Shown here in pieces: positions 1 to 7,577 of a stretch of DNA of 22,316 bases. The stretch covers positions 1-22,316 of the forward strand of contig CAZECW010000137.1 of NCBI GenBank assembly GCA_964510585.1, given 5' to 3'. Every line of letters starts with the position of its first letter. Positions within the stretch are counted from its first letter, which is position 1. Below the pieces are notes generated by a model, which ran no database searches, was not told where the DNA came from, and saw only the letters and a list, made by a program, of their open reading frames with translations. The stretch comes from an uncultured archaeon. GTDB taxonomy: Archaea > Asgardarchaeota > Jordiarchaeia > Jordiarchaeales > Jordiarchaeaceae. The position numbers and the translations under genes were made by a program.

Positions 1-137
1 CTGCGTCTTGTTTAGCCTCTTAAGCCCAAGCCAAACCCTTCAGCTACCAACAACTATTAGTATACCCTACTTTCAAATAAGCTTTTTGGCGATTCATCCC
101 CACGACTAGAAGTCGGGGGCTTTCTCGCCAAGGTTTT
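1..137 (-). mobile_element. Terminal part (left-end-like) of an IS200/IS605-family element; element continues beyond the window's left edge
   Basis: Minus strand reads TTAC (141-138) | AAAACCTTGGCGAG | AAAG (123-120) | imperfect hairpin CCCCCGACT-TCT-AGTCGTGGGG (119-98). This is the same layout as the IS608 left end (TTAC cleavage site, AAAG guide, subterminal hairpin). No transposase ORF in the visible part. Confidence 0.7.
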
Positions 138-172
138 GTAATAATCACATAAAAAATTAAAAACCACACACA

Positions 173-211
173 AGGTAGGCACCCCACCTGCAGAAAAGTA
201 CAAAAAAAGAT
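173..211 (-). terminator. Probable thi4 terminator: T-tracts plus small hairpin
   Basis: Minus strand after the thi4 TGA: ATCTTTTTTTGTACTTTTCT, then AGGTGGG-GTG-CCTACCT (stem with one G-U pair), then a further T-rich run. Confidence 0.4.
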
Positions 212-1012
212 TCAGGTTCTAATTTTGCCCATATTCTTCAAAATATCTAAGGCCACCTTTCGACCGCTAATCATTACTCCTCCAAATATTGGTCCCATTC
301 TGGGGCCTCCGGAGACTGCGTTTGCTGCCATTCCTGCTACATAAAGGCCTGGGTATACTTGTTTTGTGTATGCTACAAGCATTTTCTCTCCTACGTCTGC
401 CCACATGGGTTTTTCGCCTATGATTCTTCCGGTTTCTGTTTCTAGTTTTGCTCCTGGTATTTTTCTTTGGACTATTTGGCATATTTCGGCGGCGTGCCCT
501 GTTGCATCTACTACGTATTTGCATCTGATGGTCATGGGGTCTACGTGTAGTTTGGCCATGTTTACCGCTGTCCACTGTATTACTACTCCGGTGATTTTAT
601 CTGCTTCTCGGATCATAACGTCTTCGATGCTTATTAGATTGAAAATTTTGGCTCCGGCGTCTATTGCACCTGCTGTTAGTTTTGCTACGGTTTCCAGAGA
701 GTTCGCTACAAAGTAGCCTTCTTGTAGTTCCTCGGTCTTTATGCCGAATTCGTCCAGTATGAATTTTCCTTCTTTTTGTACTACTATTTTGTTGAACATC
801 ATTCCACCGCCGTGGCATCCTCCTCCAGTGCTGAGTTTTCTTTCGAATACCACGGTTTTGGCTCCTCCCTCTGCGAGATACTTGGCTGCTACTAGTCCTG
901 AGGGTCCAGAGCCAGCGATTACAACATCTACGTCTGTAGAGTCGAGTAGTTCTTTCATGTACGAGTTTATTATTAGTTTGGTTATTACAATTTCGTCTAA
1001 ATTAGTTGCCAT
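212..1012 (-). CDS. thi4: Thiazole synthase Thi4, His-type (sulfide-dependent, non-suicide class)
   Basis: Rossmann GSGPSG...FER, LHVDP (His at the position that is Cys in suicide Thi4), DATGH, PGLYVAGMA, GGPRMGPIFGG. ATG with GGAGG RBS upstream. Confidence 0.95.
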   Translation of the reverse strand: MATNLDEIVITKLIINSYMKELLDSTDVDVVIAGSGPSGLVAAKYLAEGGAKTVVFERKLSTGGGCHGGGMMFNKIVVQKEGKFILDEFGIKTEELQEGYFVANSLETVAKLTAGAIDAGAKIFNLISIEDVMIREADKITGVVIQWTAVNMAKLHVDPMTIRCKYVVDATGHAAEICQIVQRKIPGAKLETETGRIIGEKPMWADVGEKMLVAYTKQVYPGLYVAGMAANAVSGGPRMGPIFGGVMISGRKVALDILKNMGKIRT

Positions 1013-1122
1013 CTTTTTTCCTCCAAACCGTAAAGATTTTAATTACTCGGTGAGTTGTTTTTTAAGCTTAGCTAATTATCATATAAATCTAACGAAAAAG
1101 CTGTTTCATGTGGCTCTTCCAC

Positions 1123-1134
1123 AAACATTTGTTT
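1123..1134. promoter_or_regulatory. Palindrome AAACA-TT-TGTTT in the thi4/gcvH divergent promoter; candidate operator
   Basis: Inverted repeat read directly; the same core AACATTTGTT recurs at 19545-19554. Confidence 0.35.
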
Positions 1135-1182
1135 AATATTTACTATAAATTTAAATAGGTTTATGGTAGGAGAGATTTATCT

Positions 1183-1617
1183 ATGAAGCAGGTTGGAAGG
1201 TATCTATTCGCAGAGGAATTGTATTATACTAAGGATCATCTTTGGGCAAAAATTGAGGAAAATAACCATGTGAGAGTGGGCTGGAGTGACTTCGCTCAAA
1301 AGATTGCGGGGAAAGTTGTCTATATTAAGGTTAAAGAAGTGGGAACAAAATTGAAGCAGGAAGACGTTTTTGGCTCGATAGAAACTGGTAAGTATGTGGG
1401 AAAATTGTTTTCTCCTGTGGGTGGCATAATAAGGGAAATCGGTAAGGCGGTGAAAAATCCCAAGCTGGCAAACAGTGATCCTTATGGGGAGGGTTGGTTT
1501 GTGCTTATCGAAGCTACAAATTTGGAGGAGGACTTAGAGGAGTTGCTGCACGGTGAGGAGGCTCTTGAGTGGCTAAAAAGGGAAATAAAAGATAAAACCG
1601 GGGAAGAAGCGCAATAA
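1183..1617 (+). CDS. gcvH: Glycine cleavage H-like lipoyl-carrier protein (GcvH/LbpA-like), stand-alone
   Basis: YYTKDHLWA, RVGWSDFAQ, lipoyl-Lys motif GSIETGKYVGKLFSP, NSDPYGEGWF. GGAG RBS. Confidence 0.9.
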   Translation: MKQVGRYLFAEELYYTKDHLWAKIEENNHVRVGWSDFAQKIAGKVVYIKVKEVGTKLKQEDVFGSIETGKYVGKLFSPVGGIIREIGKAVKNPKLANSDPYGEGWFVLIEATNLEEDLEELLHGEEALEWLKREIKDKTGEEAQ

Positions 1618-1637
1618 TGGGATTTGCTATGTTGCAT

Positions 1638-1680
1638 CTTTTTTAATTTATTTTGTTTGTAGTTTTTAGAAATTGTTTCT
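1638..1680 (+). terminator. T-rich tract downstream of gcvH, possible archaeal oligo-T terminator
   Basis: CTTTTTTAATTTATTTTGTTTGTAGTTTTT directly after the stop codon. Confidence 0.35.
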
Positions 1681-1766
1681 TTGATGTGTCTGTATTTAAT
1701 TTGAAAATTGTTTCCGTTTGGTTTAAAATTGTTTTTAGGTATACTTCTTATTGGAGGGTATTATAA

Positions 1767-2930
1767 TTGGTTGATCTTCGTCCTTGGGTTTTAGATAGTC
1801 ACATTTCTCGGATTGCATCTGAGATCCAGGAGCTGGAGTTGGGTCGTGGGAGGCTTGCGGAGACTTTTCGCAGGGTAAAGGAGAAGGATATTTTTGACAT
1901 GGTGGATCGCGGCGGATTCCTTGATGTTTTTGAGAGGAGGTTATCTTACCCGGTGATTCCTGCAAAACTTGATGGGTTAAAGGTGGCCGCGGTAGATGGT
2001 GGAATGATAAGTAGAACTTTCCACGGAGTTGACTTAATGCTTATTAGGGCAGTTGCCGCAATCTTCACTTATGAATCTGAGGGGAGGGTTCAGGTCGAGT
2101 ATTTCCCAAAGGAGTATCCTCCTCCTGCTATTGTTTCCAATTTGGAGCCTCTATCTCGAAGCGACTTTGAAGTGTCATCGTCCTTGGAGCGTTTAATGGC
2201 TGAAATTAAAGTAGCCATTGATTGTCAGGAGCGGCATCCAGTAGATATTCTTATCCTGGATGGAGCCATACTTCCTTTGGCAAGTGATAGACCTTCATCG
2301 ACCTCTCTGTTTAAAAAGTATGAGGGTGTAGTGAAACTATTTGAAAAGCTTTACAAGGTTTCTTCCGATAATGGAATTCTACTTGCGGGCGTAGTTAAGG
2401 ACAGTAGAAGTACTAGATTTGTTCAGATAATATCAAGATTAGCTCCCCTACTCATAAATAAGATTGAGGAGCTGAAGAACTTGTTGACATTTGACTATCG
2501 AAGAGTAATTCAGCGTTCTAGGGACACTGAATTTTTGTACCGTTTTCTTGATGTGGGGGAAAGAACAACAGTCTTAAAATATGTGGAGAGCTACGAGAAA
2601 TACCCTCCACTGAAAGACCTCAGGGAGGAGTGGGCAGAAAGACTTAACATTTTTTACCTTAAACCCGTTGAGTTAGACACTCCTCTAAGAATTGAGTATC
2701 TCTCAGAGGCGCCAAACACTTTAGGCCCCAAAATTGTCCAAAGAATCTCCTCCCTCATCTACTCTCTGTCCCGCCACCACGCAGAATTCGGACTACCCTC
2801 AGTGCAGGTTGAGGCCCATTACCAAGCCAAGCTGCTTGAAACCGACTTGGACTTCATATATGATCAAATAGTAGAGAAGACGGGGATGAGTGTTTCACTT
2901 ATGAAGATAAAAAAAGCGTATGGTTTATAA
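1767..2930 (+). CDS. nurA: NurA 5'-3' nuclease
   Basis: NurA motifs AAVDGG, ILILDGAI, LLAGVVKDS, FGLPSVQVEAH. TTG start after GGAGG. Followed by herA. Confidence 0.88.
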   Translation: MVDLRPWVLDSHISRIASEIQELELGRGRLAETFRRVKEKDIFDMVDRGGFLDVFERRLSYPVIPAKLDGLKVAAVDGGMISRTFHGVDLMLIRAVAAIFTYESEGRVQVEYFPKEYPPPAIVSNLEPLSRSDFEVSSSLERLMAEIKVAIDCQERHPVDILILDGAILPLASDRPSSTSLFKKYEGVVKLFEKLYKVSSDNGILLAGVVKDSRSTRFVQIISRLAPLLINKIEELKNLLTFDYRRVIQRSRDTEFLYRFLDVGERTTVLKYVESYEKYPPLKDLREEWAERLNIFYLKPVELDTPLRIEYLSEAPNTLGPKIVQRISSLIYSLSRHHAEFGLPSVQVEAHYQAKLLETDLDFIYDQIVEKTGMSVSLMKIKKAYGL

Positions 2931-3018
2931 CTCCAAATCCACAATTAAGAGGAGAAGAGCGCTTTTAAGATATGTTTAAATGGATTCGTCATTAGAGTTT
3001 TTTTGAGGAGTGTAGGGA

Positions 3019-4563
3019 ATGAACTTCCTTGGAACTGTGATTGCATCAAGTTATCCGCCCGGCCCAACCACTTCAAATTTCAGCTTTGTGGTTACCAATA
3101 ATGAGCCTATACCAGTAAGGAAGGGCCAGTTTGTTCAGATTAACACCGAGGACGGCTTACTTTTAGGTATGGTTCAAGAGATAGTTAAAACCAACCGCTT
3201 CTACTCCCATCCAGAGTACGTTAGGGAATATGAGAGGGGCGGGCAGCCTTTAACCTCAATATTTCCATGCGATAGGTGGGATATGCTCATCGCAAATGTG
3301 AAACCCTTGGGTGTTTTCACCAATGGAATTTTTGACAAAGTAAGTTTTCCCCCCTCACCCGGAGAGAAGGTTTACATAGCCGACGATGAAGTTCTCATAA
3401 ATTTACTTGGGCTAGATGTGGAAAATGGACTGAATTTGGGAAGCCTACGCTTCCACGACCTGCCGGCCTCATTGAATATGACTAGACTGTTACAGAAACA
3501 CTTGGCAATTCTGGCTATGAGTGGAAGTGGAAAATCCTACCTAGCCACAGTAATAATTGAAGAACTACTATCCAGAAAACCCGAGAGCGGAAGAGTAGCA
3601 GTGATCATCGTTGATGTTCACGGAGAATACTCATCAATCGCCAACAAACCCGAAAAAAATGATCAGCTTGACCTTTCTGAAAAAGTAACAGTCATAAAAA
3701 GTCCATTTGTTCAATTCGCAACACCACTCATTTCAAATAGGTGGTTCGGAACATTCCAACCAGAAATGTCTCCCATACAGGTTAGAGAATTAGGACGAAT
3801 AATCACCGAAATGAGGAGAGAACACCAAAACAAATCCTACTCCCTAAAAGATCTACTAAACTACATAGAAAACGATGCAAAAATTCCGCAAAGGTCAAAA
3901 GAGGCGCTTCTAGGCTGGTTATACGAGCTGGAAGAAACAGACCTATTTGGAACAGAAGAAGCCCCTAACTTGGAGAATTTAGTCAAGCCTGGACATGCAA
4001 TAATCCTAGATTTAAGTGAAGCCACCAGTCTCAAGAAAAAACAATTAATTGTAGCCTACATTGCAACCAGACTATTCGCTCTCAGAAGAAGAGGAGTGAT
4101 TCCCCCATTCACAATGATCCTTGAAGAAGCGCACCAATTCTGCCCACAAGCAAGACAGGAACTGGCAATTTCACAAAAAATCATAGAACAAATAGCAAGA
4201 GAAGGAAGAAAATTCTACGCATCACTCTGCCTTATCAGCCAAAGACCCGTTAGACTTTCAACCACCATCCTCAGCCAAGCCAACACACACATCATACTAA
4301 GAATATCTAACCCCAACGATCTAGACACCATTAAAGCCAGCTCCGAAATGATAACCTCCGAAATCATCTCAATGATCACCAGCCTACCAGTTGGAGAAGC
4401 TCTAATTGTAGGCAGCGCAGTAAACTACCCCATTTTTGTAAAAATAAGACAACGCTACACTAAGGAATCCTCCTACGAAGTAGATTTGGAAAAGGCAGCT
4501 AAAATATTTGAAGAACAGTCAAATCCCGAAGAAACAAATAAAATAGCCAAAAAAACTCTGTAA
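3019..4563 (+). CDS. herA: HerA bipolar DNA helicase/translocase (N-terminal HAS-barrel-like region plus FtsK/HerA ATPase)
   Basis: Walker A LAMSGSGKS, IVDVHGEY, Walker B ILEEAH, IAREGRK...LISQRP...LSQANT. Confidence 0.92.
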   Translation: MNFLGTVIASSYPPGPTTSNFSFVVTNNEPIPVRKGQFVQINTEDGLLLGMVQEIVKTNRFYSHPEYVREYERGGQPLTSIFPCDRWDMLIANVKPLGVFTNGIFDKVSFPPSPGEKVYIADDEVLINLLGLDVENGLNLGSLRFHDLPASLNMTRLLQKHLAILAMSGSGKSYLATVIIEELLSRKPESGRVAVIIVDVHGEYSSIANKPEKNDQLDLSEKVTVIKSPFVQFATPLISNRWFGTFQPEMSPIQVRELGRIITEMRREHQNKSYSLKDLLNYIENDAKIPQRSKEALLGWLYELEETDLFGTEEAPNLENLVKPGHAIILDLSEATSLKKKQLIVAYIATRLFALRRRGVIPPFTMILEEAHQFCPQARQELAISQKIIEQIAREGRKFYASLCLISQRPVRLSTTILSQANTHIILRISNPNDLDTIKASSEMITSEIISMITSLPVGEALIVGSAVNYPIFVKIRQRYTKESSYEVDLEKAAKIFEEQSNPEETNKIAKKTL

Positions 4564-4710
4564 CTTACCTTCGCCCAACTTATTAATAGTTAATACCAGG
4601 TTAAGAATGCTGGAACCACACTTTCAGAGTAAGTTTATAATGTAAAATAATCATATACAATCTGTTTATATTTGAAGACTCTGAACTCTGAATTATGGAG
4701 CGTTACTATT

Positions 4711-5709
4711 ATGAGCCTAGATTTTGGAGAAGGAGTAGATGGGGTCAGAATTAGAGTTTTAACAGAAAATACAACTGATATCACCCTTCTAACAGACGAA
4801 AAATTCAGAGACAAAGTTCAGCAGCCGGGAGCTTCCACACTATTTTGTATGGCGGAGCATGGTTTAGCAATGCTCTTTGAGATAACCAAAAATGATTCCA
4901 CGCGTACATTTCTAATGGATGCTGGGGGACTAATAGGTTCGATAGCTAATAACATGAAATTTCTTCAGGTTGACCCAAAAAAGATTGAAAAATTCATTCT
5001 TTCACATGGACACTTTGACCATTTCGGAGGGCTAAACCATATTATTAACCAATTTTCTCCAGGGACAGAAATCATAATTTCTAAAAATGCTTTTCTTCCC
5101 AAGTGGGCTCTCACTGGCGATTTATCAGGTAAATCAATCCAACTGGATAAAGAAAAATTGGAACAACTACAGAGGGAACAAAAAATTAGACAACTGCCCG
5201 GTATTAATAAAGTCCTGTTTGATGAACAAATAAAGAACAATAATTTAAAACTGATCGAAACCAGCAAACCAGTCCAGTTGGCCCCGGGAGCTTGGACTAG
5301 TGGCGAAATAGAAACTCCAATAAGAGAGGAGTTAACTGCTGGATTGTACGTCCAGAAAAACGGAGAAATTCTTTTTGACGACTTTAGAGATGAAATTTCA
5401 GTAATTATTAATGTTAAGAATAAGGGGCTGGTTATTCTCACAGGATGCGGCCACACGGGAATAATGAACACAGTAAAAATGGCTCAAAAACTGTCAGGGA
5501 TTGACAGAGTTTACGCCTTAATCGGAGGTTACCACATGAATTGGGCAACCTGGGAACAAATCAAAAGGACTGTAGACTTTCTAAAAAAATTAAAGGCGAA
5601 GGTTCTATGTGCGATGCACTGCAGCGGATTTAAATTTACAGCGTATATGATGAACGAGATCCCTGAGGCGGCGGTTCAGGGAATTGTGGGAACAGTTTTC
5701 AACCTATAG
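4711..5709 (+). CDS. Metallo-beta-lactamase-fold hydrolase, COG1237-like, substrate unknown
   Basis: AEHG, LMDAG, SHGHFDH (HxHxDH), DE, LTGCGHTG, IGGYH, HCSG. Start moved to ATG 4711 (GGAG upstream) from the TTG at 4672 in the ORF track. Confidence 0.85.
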   Translation: MSLDFGEGVDGVRIRVLTENTTDITLLTDEKFRDKVQQPGASTLFCMAEHGLAMLFEITKNDSTRTFLMDAGGLIGSIANNMKFLQVDPKKIEKFILSHGHFDHFGGLNHIINQFSPGTEIIISKNAFLPKWALTGDLSGKSIQLDKEKLEQLQREQKIRQLPGINKVLFDEQIKNNNLKLIETSKPVQLAPGAWTSGEIETPIREELTAGLYVQKNGEILFDDFRDEISVIINVKNKGLVILTGCGHTGIMNTVKMAQKLSGIDRVYALIGGYHMNWATWEQIKRTVDFLKKLKAKVLCAMHCSGFKFTAYMMNEIPEAAVQGIVGTVFNL

Positions 5710-5893
5710 GAGATATTTAATCTACCCCTCCCTCTCCCTATCCTTTTTCTATCTGCAGGAAAAATGTTACTTATAAAAAAGGAAGAGTGTTATTGACTAG
5801 TATTTAAACGGAATTTTCTTTCGCGTTATTTGTTGTTTGGCTTTAGTTCTCCTCCCGCATTTGTAATATATCTTTAATTATTTTTTGGTTATT

Positions 5894-6169
5894 TTAAGAA
5901 ATTATAATCTGTATTTTTTCTACTGCGGGTTCGCAGACCTTACGGACTCCATGTTCTCCCGGTTCGTAGTGGGATTTTAGTAGTCCTGCTTTCTCTAGAA
6001 TTTTTACTTGGGCTGAGACATTTGCCTCTGTTTGTTTTAGTGTTTCTGCTATTCTGCTAACATCCATTTTCTTTTCTCTGAGGAGTCTTAGGATTTCCCA
6101 CCTTGTTTGGGAAGCTAGAGCTTTTGCAATTTTAGCCACTTCCTCATTTTTAACAATTAATTCTGACAT
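5894..6169 (-). CDS. Small ArsR-family winged-HTH transcriptional regulator
   Basis: KALASQTRWEILRLL, IAETLKQTEANVSAQVKILEKAGLL, wing PGEHGVRKVC. ATG at 6169 preceded by AGGTGA. Confidence 0.85.
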   Translation of the reverse strand: MSELIVKNEEVAKIAKALASQTRWEILRLLREKKMDVSRIAETLKQTEANVSAQVKILEKAGLLKSHYEPGEHGVRKVCEPAVEKIQIIIS

Positions 6170-6549
6170 TATCTTCACCTTTTTTAATTCTTCTTAAAAG
6201 GAATAGTACTTATAACTCTTTTTAAATTTATCTTGCTTTTAAGTATACCTTTACCATATTTTTTATGTGTTATAATTTTTCGTAATATTAGTACTCTGTA
6301 CTTTTACCTATTATCTCTTATAGTATAACTTTAAAAAACTTCTATATGTTTAAGCATATTTATTTTACCTTTTTTTCTCTCATTAAACCTTCTATTCAAT
6401 TGGTTAATCTGATTATTTAAGTGCAAAATAACCATTTTCTTTTTAATTTGAATTGCGGAAATATATCTCTAATAAAAATAGTTTAAAATAGAAGCTATTC
6501 TACTTTTTTAATGAATTTTGGTTTTTCCCAATTAGCTCGGTGTGGTTCG

Positions 6550-7416
6550 ATGGAGAAAGCAATCAAATCCTTTAAGCAACTGGAGAATGAAGATTTCCGG
6601 ATTTTGGCGACTGTAGAGAGAGGGATGGGTAGCTATGAATATGTCCCAATAGATTACATTACGAAAGGTTACTCTAAAAATGTGAGTGAAGCTATTTCTC
6701 GATTAGATCGTCTTCACAAATTGAACCTTCTTGTCCGCTGGATTGGCGCCTACATTGGCTACAGATTAACTCTTTCTGGCTACGATATTTTAGCTCTTGG
6801 CTCACTTGTTTCTTCTAATATTATTTATGCCTTTGGCCATAGGGTAGGTATAGGAAAAGAATCAGATGTTTACGATGCTTTAACTCCCTCTAACGAGAGG
6901 GTTATAGTTAAACTTCACAGGCTGGGCAGAACCAGTTTTAAGCAAGTAAGACGGCTACGCAGCTATGTTCGTAATAAGGGTGGTTCTTGGTTCTTTGCCA
7001 GCCGTGGCTCCGCGGAAAAAGAGTATTCGGCGCTTCAAATTCTTTTCGAAGCAGGAATCAATGTTCCCCGACCTAGGGGGCAGAACAGACATGCAGTAGT
7101 TATGGATTTTGTAGAGGGAGATGAACTATACTTAATCAGGGAATTGCCGAATCCATTAAAAATTCTCAACGAAATTTTGGATAATGTGAAGTTATCATAC
7201 CAGGTGGGTATAGTTCATTCGGATCTTAGTGAACACAACGTTATTGTTAAACCCGATTTTCACGTGGTTCTAATAGATTGGCCACAGTGGCTGCCAGTTA
7301 AACATGTGGAGGCTTTGCGATATTTAAGAAGAGATGTCTCTAATATTCTCAGATTTTTTGAGAGGCGGTTCGGTGTAAAGAAAGATTTGGAAGAAACTAT
7401 GAAGAAAATTCTTTGA
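6550..7416 (+). CDS. rio2: RIO2-type atypical serine kinase/ATPase (small-subunit maturation)
   Basis: N-terminal wHTH (DFRILATVERGM...EYVP), P-loop GIGKESDVY, KLHRLGRTSF, catalytic HSDLSEHN, IDWPQ. Start placed at ATG 6550 (ORF track 6511). Confidence 0.92.
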   Translation: MEKAIKSFKQLENEDFRILATVERGMGSYEYVPIDYITKGYSKNVSEAISRLDRLHKLNLLVRWIGAYIGYRLTLSGYDILALGSLVSSNIIYAFGHRVGIGKESDVYDALTPSNERVIVKLHRLGRTSFKQVRRLRSYVRNKGGSWFFASRGSAEKEYSALQILFEAGINVPRPRGQNRHAVVMDFVEGDELYLIRELPNPLKILNEILDNVKLSYQVGIVHSDLSEHNVIVKPDFHVVLIDWPQWLPVKHVEALRYLRRDVSNILRFFERRFGVKKDLEETMKKIL

Positions 7417-7577
7417 ACTTTTTGTGATGTCCTAATTTTATGCGGCGAAGTATTAACAATCGAATTATATAATAAAGGTGATATTTGCACAGACGATAAA
7501 GGTAAAAACGTAGTTGGTGTTTTTTAAATTGAGGAAGGATTATTCAGCGTTCTGTTTTTAAAAATTGGTGGTTTAGC

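Noticed and set aside
1013-1182. TPP riboswitch upstream of thi4
   Set aside because: No CTGAGA / CCTGA..TAATGC..GCG.AGGGA core on either strand; the region is a short AT-rich promoter.
1767-5709. nurA-herA-MBL as a three-gene nuclease or defence operon
   Set aside because: The MBL has COG1237-type GCxH/GGxH/HCxG motifs, no beta-CASP signature, and its own TATA-like box (TTTATAAT near 4635) in a 147-bp gap. Nothing else resembles a defence island.
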